A stretch of 64,000 bases of DNA from an uncultured virus (IMG/VR IMGVR_UViG_3300024351_000022) (taxonomy: Duplodnaviria; Heunggongvirae; Uroviricota; Caudoviricetes): the IMG/VR virus record IMGVR_UViG_3300024351_000022. One strand, 5' to 3'. Positions 37,604 to 48,239 of this stretch are shown here, piece by piece (within the stretch, counting starts at the first letter, position 1; each line of letters begins with the position of its first letter). Below the pieces are notes generated by a model. That model was not told the DNA's origin and ran no database searches. It saw only the letters and a list, made by a program, of their open reading frames with translations. The position numbers were made by a program, and so were the translations under genes.

Positions 37604-40600
37604 TCAGAACGAGGCGGAGCCTGCGCCGGTGGTATCCGGGGAGGTGGATGGGGCAAAGACCTTGGCGAGGCGCTTCTCCATGGCGGCCATCTCGCGCTTG
37701 ATGTAGCTGCGGGTGAGGCTTTCCACTTCCTTGGTGACTTCCACGGAGACGGTGATGGCATCGATATTCACGTTCACCTGCGGCTGCATGGTGGCGAGGT
37801 CCGGAGGTGTCTCCAAGGGGGTCTGAGGCAGGGCGAAGGCACCGCCGGGACTGGTGAGTTCGGTGATCTTGTTTGCGAAGTTCTCCAACTCGGCGCGGAA
37901 GGACGGTAGGGACTTGGTGATCTGATCGAGTTCGCCGGTGAGTTCCTCGCGTTTGGTGGCGAGGTCGCGGTTGAGTTCGGCGATGGATTCATTAAGCGAG
38001 TCCGGAGGGGTGGAGTTGAGAGACTCCAGGGTGCGCGAGAGATCGGGCAGGATGCTGCGAAGGCGGTTCAATTCGGCATCGATCTCGCCGGGCCGTGAAT
38101 CTGGCTTGTTGCGGCCGGAGCCTTGGTCTTGCTGGAGGAAGGGGAATTGGCCGGGGAGGTAGTTTGCGGCTGTCTGTCTGGTCTCCGGGGAGAGGTAGAA
38201 GAATTCATCCTGCGAGATGGGTCCGGTATCGCGAAGGGTTCTGGCCAGGGCGGCGGCGCGAAGTTGATCTTCCCGATCTGCCATGAGAAGGCGCTTGGCC
38301 GCCTCGTCGGTCTGGTTTCTCTGCTCCTCGGTGATTTCGCGTTCGAGTCCTGCGCGTTCCTGAAGGAGCGATGCCTCGCGATCCATGAGGGAGTAGGCAA
38401 GCTCCTCGGCTTTCTGGCGGCGCTCGGCGTATTCGGCGATGCGTTCGGTTTCCTGAGCGCGGTCGCCGCTGCTCGGGCTGTTTTCGATCTCCTGCATGCG
38501 GGAGAGATGGCGCTGGAGTTCGCTGAATTGCTGGTCGGTCTGGTTGGCGTTCGGATCGAGGGAGCGGATGCCATCCAGCCTCACGCGCATGCCGGCCATG
38601 CGGCGGGCGCGTTCATCGGAGTCCCCTTGGCGGATGGCTTCGAGGTCCTTGGCGGATTGGAGGGGGAGGTTGGCGAGGTCCGTGTGGAGGGTGTTGCTAC
38701 GGCCTGTCATGCTGGCGATGATAGCCCGCATGCTTTTCTCGTATTCCAAGAGCTGGCCAAGTGCGCCTTGGCTTTCCGTGCCAAGGGGGATGTGAGGGCC
38801 AGTGGTGGCGATGCTGTTCCCTTCTCCGGCGATGCCACGGAAGGTGGCGATGTTCCGATCTGTATCGGTGAGTCCGATGCCGAGGCGGGCGGTGAAGTTC
38901 CGGGCGATTTCCGCGCCTGCGGAGATGGCTTCCTGAATGTGCAGGGTGCGCTCCAGGATGGCGAGTTTCTTCTCGGCCGCGTCCACGGCTTTCTGTTCGG
39001 CGAGGATCTCGGTATCGATGCGGGAGAGGATCTCATCGCGCTTGGCGATTTCGTCATCGAGGTCGGTTGCGCCGGAGTCGCGCTTTTTCTGGAGGTCGGC
39101 GAGGCGGGAGCTTTCATCGAAGCGGAGGGAGTTCAGGGCATCGAGCGTGGAGCGTGCGTTGGTCTGGCCGACCATGATCTGGCGGGAGATGGGAGCGACT
39201 TCGCCGCCGAGGATCTTTTCGCGGAGCTGGTTGAGGGTCTCCATTTCCCCGCGCAGGCTGGCAAACCATTGCTCCAGAGGGGCGAACGATTTGACTGCTT
39301 GGCTGGCAAGTTCATTGGCGTCTTGCTTGGCGGACTGGAGGGAATCGCTGAGGGCCTTGGTTTCCTTCTGGGCGTCTTCGAGCTTGTCGGTGAGTTCATC
39401 CCATTTCGCGGTGCCGGGTTCGGCATCGGAAAAGCTGGCGGCAATCTCGGACTCCAGGGATTGGGCTTCGCCGAGGAGACCTTCGAGGCGCGAGACCTCG
39501 GCGGTGCGTGCGCGCTCAAATGCTTCAAGGATGGATGCCTCGTGCTGCTTGGCATTCGCGGTGAAGGCGTCCAGCCCGGCGAGTGCGGTGGACTTGTCTC
39601 CGGATTGGATGGCGGAGCGGGTGCCGGTGTAGTTCTGGGCGAAGGTCATGCCGCCGCCGGGAAGTGAGCGCTGGGACTTTGCCAAGGCTTCAAAGTCCTT
39701 GCCGATGGCGATGGGGTCGCCGCCGCGTTCGATCTCTGCGCGGACGCGGGCGAGGCTTTCCAGAAGGCGAGGGACGGCCGCTGCCCGTTCGCGGAGGGCG
39801 GAGAGAGTATCGATGGCGTTGGTGGTTTGCTGCTTGTCGATAGCGGCGGCGATGGAGTCGAGGTCGGCAGAGTCGAAGGAGCGGATGCCATCGAAGGTGC
39901 TGCCTCCTCGGAAGTAGTGCCTACCAAGGATTTTTTGGATCATGCCGACGTTCTTGCCGTCAACCATGACATCCTTCCCGGCAAAGCCAGTTTCGCCGGA
40001 GTCGATCATGCGCTTGATCTCCATGGCAATCTTTTGCGCCTGACCGAGTTCGGTGGGGGTGTAATCCCGGCGGGCGGTGCGGAAGAAACCTTCGTGACCG
40101 CCGGTGAGGAAGGCAAGGTCCTCGCGGAGATTTCGATCCTGCACGGGGTTCGCGCCGATGTTCTGGCGGTTCTTGTTGAGTGCCCCGGTGATTTCATCGA
40201 TCTGCCGGGTGAGTTGGCTGAGCTGCTGGGACATGCTATCGATGACGCCGGTATCGCCGATGGCGGACCAGAGGGCGGTCCACTCGGCGGCGAGGGATTG
40301 GAGCTGGCCGGCGAGGGAGTCGGCGATCAGTTGGTTTTCCCGGAAAGCGGAGTTGGTATCCAGGGCGGCTTCGATGGTGAGCGCTTGGGCCTGATTGAAA
40401 TTGCCAAGGATCTCGGCGAATTTCGAGGCTTGGCGTGATCCGGCCGTGATGTCGAGGAGCCGCTTCTGTTCGTAGGAGTTGAGCGTGGGATAGAGGGCGG
40501 CGAGGTCTTGGAGGATCTCAAGGTAGGATTTCATGTCCCCGGTGGGGCGGGTCATGTCGAAGTTGAACGACTCCTTGAGCTGCTTGATCGTCTCGGGACG

Positions 40601-42640
40601 CGCTGTGTTGGTGATGACGTAGCGCAGGGCGGTGCCGATTTCCTGACCGGGGCGGCCGGTAGCGCCGACGGCGGCGGCGATGATGCCCTCCAGGTCGCGT
40701 AGCTCCAGCTTCACGCCCCGGGCGACGGCCGCCACGCGGGAGATACCCTCCAGCATGTCCTTGTTGGTGACGTTGTAGCGGTTGGAGATGGCATTCAGCC
40801 GGTTCAGGACCACGGGGAGGTCATCCACGGTGAGCTTGTAGCTGGCGTAGATGGCAGAGAGTTTCTCGGCGGCGTAGGCGGCATCCACCTCGGCGACGTT
40901 GGCGGCCATGAGGGCGGTCTCGGTGGCCTTGAGGACCTGCACGCGGGTCATGCCAAGACGGCTGAAGCGGATGCTGGCATCCATGGCTTCTTCCGCGCTG
41001 CGGGCGTTGACGGTGGCGAGTTGAAGGGTCTCCTCTTTCAGGAGTTGGGCTTCCTCGGCCGTGCCACGGAAGACGGCGCGGAGGGTGGCGAATTTCCGAT
41101 CCACGTCCACCATGCCTGCCAGCCCGGAATTCAGCGCCCGCAGGGAGCCGAGAACAAGCTGCATGGGGCCATACCACTTGGCAAAGGTGAGGGCGTTCCG
41201 GGCAAGCTGGCTGGAGTGGAAATCGAGAGCATGTCCGCTGGCGCGTGTGGCGGACGTGAAGCGGTTCATCTGGTCCACGCTGGCATTTGCGGCGGAGTTC
41301 GATGCTGCGCGGGCTTTGAGTCCGGTGCGGCCGAATCCTTCGCGATCTGCTGTTGCCTCCAGAGCGGTGAGGCGGGCGGCGCTGCCTTGGTAGAGGGTCT
41401 GGCGACGTTCGGCGGCGGCTCCTGCGATATCGCTCCGCTCGCGTGCGTTCCGCGCTCCTGCCTTGAGCTGCCGCTCTTCCGCCTGGGAGAGCTTCACGGC
41501 CTTCCGTGTGGCTGCCACCTCGTCCTGAATCATCCGCTCAAGCTCAAGCTGGCGGGCAGAGCGTGAGGCGGCGGCGTTCTTCTTTCGCTCCGCCTCGGCG
41601 GCGGCGTCAGCCTTCCGCTGTTGATCGATGCCGAGCTTGGCAGCGTCTTTGTCATGCTGATCCAGAGCGCCGGAAGCTCCGATGGTGCGGCGGAATGCGC
41701 GGTCGGCGAGGTTCTGGTTCCCCTGGCGCTGGGAGTGTTCGTCCAGCTTGCGGAAGAAATCCAAGTTCCTTTCGAGAATAGCGCGACGTTCGCCAAGGAC
41801 GCGGTTCAATTCCGCCTCGCGGGCGGTCTGGTCCTTGATGGCTTTGGCGCGAGTGAGTTCCACGTCGTTCGCGTCCAGCCGGGAATCGATGCCGCGTGAC
41901 CAGCGTTTCTCCCTGCGTTCAAAGGTGCGCCCGCGTTCGTCGCGGCGAGTGCGGTCGGCGAGGGTCTCCTCGCGGCCTTCCAAGCGTGCCATGGTGGCTC
42001 GCAGGCGGTCCAAGCGTGCTTCGGCGCGGTCGAAGATGGGGGAGCCGCTGAGACCGCCCTTGGCGGCTTGGGCAAGGATTCCGTTTTGGCCGCCGATGGC
42101 GTCGATCTGCCGGGCGATGACGGCCCGCTGACCGGCGGTGTCGTTGCGTGCTCCGGCGCGTTGGTATTCCGCGCTGAGTCTGGAGACATCCTTCAGGGCT
42201 TCTTGGAAGCGGCGGACATTCGAGATGTCCCGCTCTGAAACCATGAGTTCCTTGCCGCTGCCGTTTGTGGTGCGGCTGCGGGTGATGCCGGGGGCGATCT
42301 GGTCGGAGGTCGTGGTGAAGGTTCCGGCGGGGGTTCGCTTGATGACGGTGGAGAGATTCCCGGAGCCAGCGGCCGAGGTGAGAAGGGAGCTGCGGGCGGC
42401 GCTGCCGGTGGGGCCGAGAATGATGGGCGTCTGCTTGGAGAGCGCTTTCTGGATCTCACCCTGCAAGACCTTGGCTTGGGCAAGGGCACCTTGCATGTCG
42501 ATCTTCACCGGGATGATGATCGGCTTCCGCTCAAGAATTCTGCGGAAATTGTCAATGCGGCGCTGATCCTTGCGCAATTCAGCGGCGAGGTTCCCGATGT
42601 AGCGGGACCGCATTTCGACATCGATTCTGGCGTCTTCCAT
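37604..42640 (-). CDS. Tail tape measure protein
   Basis: 1678 aa, helical; TP901-like core (DRKFATLRAV, TALMAANVA, GQEIGTALR); downstream of the chaperones. Confidence 0.9.
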   Translation of the reverse strand: MEDARIDVEMRSRYIGNLAAELRKDQRRIDNFRRILERKPIIIPVKIDMQGALAQAKVLQGEIQKALSKQTPIILGPTGSAARSSLLTSAAGSGNLSTVIKRTPAGTFTTTSDQIAPGITRSRTTNGSGKELMVSERDISNVRRFQEALKDVSRLSAEYQRAGARNDTAGQRAVIARQIDAIGGQNGILAQAAKGGLSGSPIFDRAEARLDRLRATMARLEGREETLADRTRRDERGRTFERREKRWSRGIDSRLDANDVELTRAKAIKDQTAREAELNRVLGERRAILERNLDFFRKLDEHSQRQGNQNLADRAFRRTIGASGALDQHDKDAAKLGIDQQRKADAAAEAERKKNAAASRSARQLELERMIQDEVAATRKAVKLSQAEERQLKAGARNARERSDIAGAAAERRQTLYQGSAARLTALEATADREGFGRTGLKARAASNSAANASVDQMNRFTSATRASGHALDFHSSQLARNALTFAKWYGPMQLVLGSLRALNSGLAGMVDVDRKFATLRAVFRGTAEEAQLLKEETLQLATVNARSAEEAMDASIRFSRLGMTRVQVLKATETALMAANVAEVDAAYAAEKLSAIYASYKLTVDDLPVVLNRLNAISNRYNVTNKDMLEGISRVAAVARGVKLELRDLEGIIAAAVGATGRPGQEIGTALRYVITNTARPETIKQLKESFNFDMTRPTGDMKSYLEILQDLAALYPTLNSYEQKRLLDITAGSRQASKFAEILGNFNQAQALTIEAALDTNSAFRENQLIADSLAGQLQSLAAEWTALWSAIGDTGVIDSMSQQLSQLTRQIDEITGALNKNRQNIGANPVQDRNLREDLAFLTGGHEGFFRTARRDYTPTELGQAQKIAMEIKRMIDSGETGFAGKDVMVDGKNVGMIQKILGRHYFRGGSTFDGIRSFDSADLDSIAAAIDKQQTTNAIDTLSALRERAAAVPRLLESLARVRAEIERGGDPIAIGKDFEALAKSQRSLPGGGMTFAQNYTGTRSAIQSGDKSTALAGLDAFTANAKQHEASILEAFERARTAEVSRLEGLLGEAQSLESEIAASFSDAEPGTAKWDELTDKLEDAQKETKALSDSLQSAKQDANELASQAVKSFAPLEQWFASLRGEMETLNQLREKILGGEVAPISRQIMVGQTNARSTLDALNSLRFDESSRLADLQKKRDSGATDLDDEIAKRDEILSRIDTEILAEQKAVDAAEKKLAILERTLHIQEAISAGAEIARNFTARLGIGLTDTDRNIATFRGIAGEGNSIATTGPHIPLGTESQGALGQLLEYEKSMRAIIASMTGRSNTLHTDLANLPLQSAKDLEAIRQGDSDERARRMAGMRVRLDGIRSLDPNANQTDQQFSELQRHLSRMQEIENSPSSGDRAQETERIAEYAERRQKAEELAYSLMDREASLLQERAGLEREITEEQRNQTDEAAKRLLMADREDQLRAAALARTLRDTGPISQDEFFYLSPETRQTAANYLPGQFPFLQQDQGSGRNKPDSRPGEIDAELNRLRSILPDLSRTLESLNSTPPDSLNESIAELNRDLATKREELTGELDQITKSLPSFRAELENFANKITELTSPGGAFALPQTPLETPPDLATMQPQVNVNIDAITVSVEVTKEVESLTRSYIKREMAAMEKRLAKVFAPSTSPDTTGAGSASF

Positions 42641-42697
42641 GGCGCGAATGTTCCACGAGGCGGAACAAAAATGGAAGTCCGGAAAGATGGATCTGGA

Positions 42698-43027
42698 TCA
42701 GGGCATGAAACGGCCGAGGAATCCGCTGCGTTTCTGCTGGTCCTGCCGCTTGTTTTTGCGCTCGGAGACTTTCTTGATGATGTGGTGACCCAGGCTTTCG
42801 CGGATGTTTTTCTCGCGCCAGAAGGTGCGATACTCCGCTTGCTCGCGGTCGGTCATGCGCCGCCAATCCCATGGCAGGATTCCGAACTCAGTGCGAATGC
42901 ACCACTCCTCATACCAGGAATCAATCCCCGGCGATGCGTCACGAATCTCCTGTTCCTCGCCCTCTAGTGGCCGATCACGGTGGGTCTTCAGCTCGGGGAA
43001 GAGCTTGAAGCGGCCTTGGAGAAAAAA
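42698..43027 (-). CDS. gpT-like extension of the tail assembly chaperone via -1 frameshift
   Basis: Slippery T TTT TTC at 43027-43021; -1 frame open (...EFGILPWDWRRMTDREQAEY...) to TGA at 42700-42698. Confidence 0.7.
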   Translation of the reverse strand, partial: FFLQGRFKLFPELKTHRDRPLEGEEQEIRDASPGIDSWYEEWCIRTEFGILPWDWRRMTDREQAEYRTFWREKNIRESLGHHIIKKVSERKNKRQDQQKRSGFLGRFMP

Positions 43028-43536
43028 TCAGCGTGGTCTCCGCCGGTGTAGCCGAGCGACCAGATGCTTTGGGCGATGAAGCTGATGATCTTCGCGTCGA
43101 TGGCTGCGCGAAGGTTTTCGGCCTTGGTGGAGGTGTTCGTGCCCTCGGTGCTCTCCGCGAGCGCTTGGCATCCGAGGATGCAGATGTGGGCGAACTGTTC
43201 CTCGACGGCGAGGCGGCGCTTCTTCTGGTAGGCGGGGTCATCCTCGTCCCAACCGATGGGAGTGCGGGCCTTGATGCGGCCGGATTCATCCATCTCGTCC
43301 TTGAAGATTTGTGGCGCGATCACGGAGTCCATGATGCGATCCACCTGGTCCCGCTCCCTGGCGGTCAACGCTCGTATTTCGATGGAGGTGGTCTCCGCGC
43401 CTTCGCGGATGGCAAAGCGGGGGCGACCATCGGGGCCGGGATGCTCTTGGTTGATGTCATCGGGCTTGGCGATGGCGATGGTCCGGCGATAGCTGGTAAG
43501 ATTGGCGAGGCGGGCAAAGAGGTCGGTGGTGGACAT
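42988..43536 (-). CDS. Tail assembly chaperone (gpG-like)
   Basis: IEIRALTARERD motif; upstream of the tape measure; slippery site near the end. Confidence 0.7.
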   Translation of the reverse strand: MSTTDLFARLANLTSYRRTIAIAKPDDINQEHPGPDGRPRFAIREGAETTSIEIRALTARERDQVDRIMDSVIAPQIFKDEMDESGRIKARTPIGWDEDDPAYQKKRRLAVEEQFAHICILGCQALAESTEGTNTSTKAENLRAAIDAKIISFIAQSIWSLGYTGGDHADFFSKAASSSSPS

Positions 43537-43588
43537 GCGTTTGTTTTGCAAGGTTGAACAATCGAAGGCAAGCCGATAGTCTCGCGGC

Positions 43589-44188
43589 ATGTCGCAGATA
43601 TTGAATCCGATCACCCATGTTCAAGCGCTCGCCGTGGATCCAAACATGGAGCCGGAGAAGCGAGTGAAGGCGCTCTTCCACGTGTGGCTCGCCCGCTACT
43701 TCAAGGGGGTGCCCTTCAATACGCTGGGAGCGGGTGGAGCGGTGGAGCAGAAGACTTTCCCGACATGCGATCTGCGCTGGCAGGAGGCGGACGCCACGGA
43801 TGCGCCTGATCCGGGCGGTGAACGGCGGCCGCAGGTGCGCCCGATCATCCATGGTCTGCTGGTGAGCGACCAGAACAGGGCATACGGGGAAGATGCGCTT
43901 TTCCAAGGGAATGAGGTCCAGCGAACCTTGCAGTTCACGGTGAAGGTGCCAGCCAACGTCACGGGGACGCCAGAGATGGCGGGGAGAGACCCGGTGGAAC
44001 TCGTGGCGAGTGTGGCGGACAATCTGGCATGGCTCCTGAGATCCACGGAAAAGGCGGCGCTGGCGGCCGTGGGAGTCGAGGGAGTGCAACTCCGCTCCGG
44101 GCCTGTGGCGATATCAGCCGGGCGCTGGATGGCGCGTCTGCTCGTGGTGAGCTGCACCACAAGGGTCAGGGTGCCTCGCGGGGCGTGA
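43589..44188 (+). CDS. Putative tail terminator/completion protein
   Basis: 199 aa within the neck/tail cluster. Confidence 0.45.
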   Translation: MSQILNPITHVQALAVDPNMEPEKRVKALFHVWLARYFKGVPFNTLGAGGAVEQKTFPTCDLRWQEADATDAPDPGGERRPQVRPIIHGLLVSDQNRAYGEDALFQGNEVQRTLQFTVKVPANVTGTPEMAGRDPVELVASVADNLAWLLRSTEKAALAAVGVEGVQLRSGPVAISAGRWMARLLVVSCTTRVRVPRGA

Positions 44189-44818
44189 TCAAAAAATCAC
44201 GGAGACCCAGGCGGACATCTCCCGCTCCACGATGGGAACGAAATTCGCCTTCCAAGCGGCGGCGATGGCGAGCATGAATTCGTCTGGTTTCAGGGCGTCT
44301 TCGCGACGGACCCAGCGCTGGATGTGGCAACGGAGGCGACTCCAGGCGTCATTCGGCTCCAGTCCGTAGTAGGCTTTCATGATGATGGTGGCGCGTGCCT
44401 TTCTGCCCTTCTCGGTCTGGAGTGATGCTTCGTCTTCGATTGTGATGGCCTTGCCGCCGGGCTTGCCGTCGATGCCATCCTGAATCCACTGCATGACATC
44501 ATCGAAGGTGATGGCCTGCACCGGGCTTCGCTGGTCTTTCCCTGGCAGGCTGCCGTCATCCCGCTTTGGGCGGATGGAGAAGACCATGCCATCCTGCGAA
44601 CGGAGAAGGGCGGCGGTGACGCTGTCCGCTACTTCATCGACACGCTTCGACCATTGCACGGGATCGGAATCCGGTGGGCGGAGGGTGAGCATGGTTTCCC
44701 TGGCGATGCGGCGGGCGGTGAGGAGGTAGTCGGTGGCCTTGAGGGCAAAAAACTCCTTTGGGCTGCGGAGCCGCTCCTCAAACTTCTGGGTCCGCTGGAT
44801 GAACTGGTCGAGGTTCAT
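44189..44818 (-). CDS. Putative neck/tail completion protein
   Basis: Coupled to the head-closure-like gene. Confidence 0.5.
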   Translation of the reverse strand: MNLDQFIQRTQKFEERLRSPKEFFALKATDYLLTARRIARETMLTLRPPDSDPVQWSKRVDEVADSVTAALLRSQDGMVFSIRPKRDDGSLPGKDQRSPVQAITFDDVMQWIQDGIDGKPGGKAITIEDEASLQTEKGRKARATIIMKAYYGLEPNDAWSRLRCHIQRWVRREDALKPDEFMLAIAAAWKANFVPIVEREMSAWVSVIF

Positions 44819-45264
44819 TGTTGTGGCCGCAAGAGAATGGTGCGGATGATGGCGCTGCCGCCCATGCGCACATCCCAGGAACTGGCGAGGTCTCCCCCTG
44901 CGTCCTTCTGCACATAGGTCACGCCGCCAATGATGAAGCGAGGGTCGCGCATGAGGGAGAGGTCCTCGGCGGCATCGATGTCCAGAATGACATCACCCAC
45001 CGCGACCTCAGTATTTCGCTGTGTGGCTACGGTGGCCGGAGTCACGTAATGGATCAGGGCGCGGATGGTCCGGGTCTTCGTCACGCCGGGGCTGGCGTCG
45101 TCAAGCGCAGCGTCGCCGAGGATGGAGGCAAGTTGAGCGTCTTCCGGCGGGGCGGCGGCGTCGAGTTCGCGCCATTGGATGGTGACATCCCCGGCGTTAA
45201 GGTGCTGCATGCGCAAGAGCCTGCGGAACTCTTGTACGAGTTGGTTTTTCACGTGGGACATCAT
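44815..45264 (-). CDS. Putative head closure protein
   Basis: AVGDVILD...RFIIGGVTY beta-barrel pattern. Confidence 0.55.
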   Translation of the reverse strand: MMSHVKNQLVQEFRRLLRMQHLNAGDVTIQWRELDAAAPPEDAQLASILGDAALDDASPGVTKTRTIRALIHYVTPATVATQRNTEVAVGDVILDIDAAEDLSLMRDPRFIIGGVTYVQKDAGGDLASSWDVRMGGSAIIRTILLRPQQ

Positions 45265-45269
45265 GAGCG

Positions 45270-46559
45270 TCAGGAGGTGACCATGAAATCATCCATGCTT
45301 TCCGAGTCCATGCGCGATGATGGGACGGGGACAAAGGACGGAATGATGGCGGTGGGTGGGGATGGAGGTGCGTCGCCGCGAGGTGCGGGGCCAAGTGCTG
45401 ATGCCGGGGTGTCAGGATCTTGGGTGGCGGCGGTGTCGGTGGTTGTGTCTGCGCCGTCATCATCCTCGTCTCCAAAAATTTCGTCGCCGACTCGTTTCAC
45501 GATCCTGGCCAGCGCCCGACATGCCTTGCGCTGCACGGGAGTCGGCTCGTAGTCCGGTGACCAAAGATTCTCCGGGCGGAGCGCTTCTCTCATCCGCGTG
45601 ACGATGTCCGGGCGGTATTGCGGCGGACGCATTTCCGCTGGTGTGAGAAGCCAAGTGGCTTCATCGGCGGTGAAGATCCCATCGATAAGCGTGCGCTCGC
45701 CGCTGCCGTGCCATTGCTGCATGCCGCGAGCAAAGGCGGCGTAGGTATCGAGCGCGATGGAGCGCTGGGTATCCATCTCGGCTTCGTCGGCTCCGATGTC
45801 GGTGATGAGCTTCTTGTGGCGCTCAGCGAGGACGGATTGCGCGGTCTCCAGTTTGACGAATTCCTCGGGTTTGACCTGGCCTTGCAGCAGCTCTTCATAT
45901 TTCCGGAGGTTCAGCTCGGCCTGGACGATTTGCCTGGCGGTCTCGCGGGTCTTCTTGTCCTCGAACCATCGCTTGAGTTCAGCAATGCGGCGGGCGGCGT
46001 AAAGCCGCTTGTCAGGATCATTGAGCTTGGGCATGCCTGCCTCAGCGAGGATCTGATCGACCTGCTCGGCGGGCACCTCTACCATGGTGCGGAAGGTGAT
46101 GGCTTGCGCCGGAGCCGAACGTTCGGCTTGTGCGGCATCATCGCCGGATGATGGTGGTGAGGATGGTCGGGGGGAGACGAGGCGTTGCTCCACCGGGATC
46201 TCCGCCCGGCGGCGTTTCCAGAATTCTCCCGCGTGCTTGATCTGTTCCTTCACTTCCTTTTCCGCGAGGCCAAGCTCGTTGCCGATCTCGGCCGTGGTCC
46301 ACGGGCGTAGAGTGCGCGGATCGAATCCGGGGCCAAAGAGGGGGCCGATGCAAAAGCGCAAACGCAAAACGACCCAAGCGGTGGTGGGAGCCATCTGCCC
46401 GTGCCACATGGGCAACTCGGTGCGGCGGAGGTCGAAATGCTCCAGGAGTCCGCGATAATCTCCGATCTCCCATTCGGCGGTAGATCCTTCCGGGTAGTAG
46501 TTCACGCTTTGAGGATTGGCGGAATCCGGCGTGAGGGACGGCTGGGTGGTGATGCTCAT
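45270..46559 (-). CDS. Hypothetical protein with sigma-region-4-like HTH
   Basis: VLRLRF...WTTAEIGNELGLAEKEVKEQIKHA. Confidence 0.55.
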   Translation of the reverse strand: MSITTQPSLTPDSANPQSVNYYPEGSTAEWEIGDYRGLLEHFDLRRTELPMWHGQMAPTTAWVVLRLRFCIGPLFGPGFDPRTLRPWTTAEIGNELGLAEKEVKEQIKHAGEFWKRRRAEIPVEQRLVSPRPSSPPSSGDDAAQAERSAPAQAITFRTMVEVPAEQVDQILAEAGMPKLNDPDKRLYAARRIAELKRWFEDKKTRETARQIVQAELNLRKYEELLQGQVKPEEFVKLETAQSVLAERHKKLITDIGADEAEMDTQRSIALDTYAAFARGMQQWHGSGERTLIDGIFTADEATWLLTPAEMRPPQYRPDIVTRMREALRPENLWSPDYEPTPVQRKACRALARIVKRVGDEIFGDEDDDGADTTTDTAATQDPDTPASALGPAPRGDAPPSPPTAIIPSFVPVPSSRMDSESMDDFMVTS

Positions 46560-46706
46560 GCGGGCGGAGGAGAGGGCTTGTTTTTGCGAAGCCTTGGGAG
46601 GTTTCTGGCATCAATCGCGGCATTCAAAGCGCGGCGGATCTCCTCCTGATTGATCGGACGGATCTGCGACTTCTTGCCGGATTTCGTCTGTTGGAGTCGG
46701 CCCATG

Positions 46707-47714
46707 TTACTCGGGGAAAGTGAACGCCCCACGAGGGAGGAGAGAGAGCCGGCCGAGGCGGAAGTCAGGCTCGTGTGTGGCGGGTGGAGGATCGGAAGAA
46801 ACAGAAGGAACGCATACCAGCCCGTGGCCAACGGTGGCGTAGATATTCCGAAGGTAGCGGAAGACGGCGACAGGTTCATCCAGCACCCGGGACTGAGGGC
46901 TCATGGCCAAGGGTTCGGTAGTGCCATTGGTCTGCAAAGAGTGGCCGTCTGACGGGGTGATGGTGCCGCCGCTGACCGTGAAGGCAATGGTGGGAATCCA
47001 CTCGATCCGATTCTGGGGGTTGATGCGTGGAACGGTGAGCGAAAACCAAGGCTGCTGGGCGGAGAGTTCACCCATGCCGATGTAGGGCAGGCCAAAGATC
47101 CCGATGTTGTTTTCCACCTCGGAAGACCATGTTGATGTTTCGGGGTCGTAGGTGAGGCAATGGATACGGTGCGGGCCGCATGTCCACTCGACTTCGCCGA
47201 GAACCGTGGGGGTCATTTCGGGCGGTGGGCCGCTGCCTGTTTGCTCCTGAAACCATCCTGCGGTGAGATTCAGCGTGCGGGAGGAGACGAGGCCATCATC
47301 CCTGGCGCTGGCAGAAGATTCGGAGGAATCGGCCGTGGGCGATGCGTAGAAAAACTGCATCTTCCGCCAGGACGAGCGGGATCGCTCATCGATGTGCAGG
47401 ACGGTGACGATGAGAAATCCACCATGGATCATGCGGGAGCGGAACCGGGAGATGTCATCCTCCGTGACGCCGTCAAGGAAGGTCAGGGAGAGGGAGAAAT
47501 CGCTTTCCGCAGTCGTGCCTGGGGCGGAGGCGAGGTGGCCAGCGGAAGGGGAGGGAGAAAATTCCTGGCCGATGCGGATGCTTGCCAAGCCGGTGATCAT
47601 GGCAGGCTGGTCGTGACGGCCGGAGCCGGGGCCGTGCATGGGCATGCCGTCCTGCCACGCGGCATAGATACCAACGCGGGCTTCGAGAATTGACCAAGGG
47701 TGAAGGTATCTCAT
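46707..47714 (-). CDS. Hypothetical (virion?) protein
   Basis: 335-aa ORF in a minus-strand operon. Confidence 0.55.
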   Translation of the reverse strand: MRYLHPWSILEARVGIYAAWQDGMPMHGPGSGRHDQPAMITGLASIRIGQEFSPSPSAGHLASAPGTTAESDFSLSLTFLDGVTEDDISRFRSRMIHGGFLIVTVLHIDERSRSSWRKMQFFYASPTADSSESSASARDDGLVSSRTLNLTAGWFQEQTGSGPPPEMTPTVLGEVEWTCGPHRIHCLTYDPETSTWSSEVENNIGIFGLPYIGMGELSAQQPWFSLTVPRINPQNRIEWIPTIAFTVSGGTITPSDGHSLQTNGTTEPLAMSPQSRVLDEPVAVFRYLRNIYATVGHGLVCVPSVSSDPPPATHEPDFRLGRLSLLPRGAFTFPE

Positions 47715-47735
47715 GGGGAGGAGGGGTGGAGAGGA

Positions 47736-48239
47736 TCAATCGCAAACCAGGTCGCAATCCGGGGTCGGCAGGCTGGTGATGCACTCCGCAAGGACGGACC
47801 TGACGTAGGTGGTGAAATCTTCGCTCGTGGCGAACAGTCCGGGGGTGGCGTTTGCGGTGGTGGTGGAGCAGACATTTCCGCGAGACTCGATCTCTTCGAG
47901 GAGGTATTCGATAAAGTGCAGGCGGTCGCGGATCGCGGTGGGCTGAGACGAGACGGACATGGCGCGGGTCTTGATTGCCATCGCTTTTGTCCCGCCGACC
48001 ATGATGTGAGCGGCCTTGGTGACCAGGTATGCCTCGGTGTCCTGGTGGATCGGGGCGTCCACGAGTTGGTTCGGGTTTGAGCCATTGATCGTCAGGCAGG
48101 GGACAAACCCCTTAACGGCCGTGCGCAGCAGGGCATTGAGTTTTTCGTCCGGGATATCCCACCCGGCGACAGAAGAGCCTTCATCGCCGAGTATTGTCCG
48201 CAATGACTCGTGAAAATCTGAGAGATTCTTCGCTGGCAT
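47736..48239 (-). CDS. Putative head-tail connector/adaptor
   Basis: LRTILGD...DEKLNALL pattern typical of adaptors. Confidence 0.55.
   Translation of the reverse strand: MPAKNLSDFHESLRTILGDEGSSVAGWDIPDEKLNALLRTAVKGFVPCLTINGSNPNQLVDAPIHQDTEAYLVTKAAHIMVGGTKAMAIKTRAMSVSSQPTAIRDRLHFIEYLLEEIESRGNVCSTTTANATPGLFATSEDFTTYVRSVLAECITSLPTPDCDLVCD

Noticed and set aside
38123..39667. Long antisense ORFs (also 2864-4297, 25839-27086, 54159-55271)
   Set aside because: Shadow frames of real genes in GC-rich DNA, with no motifs
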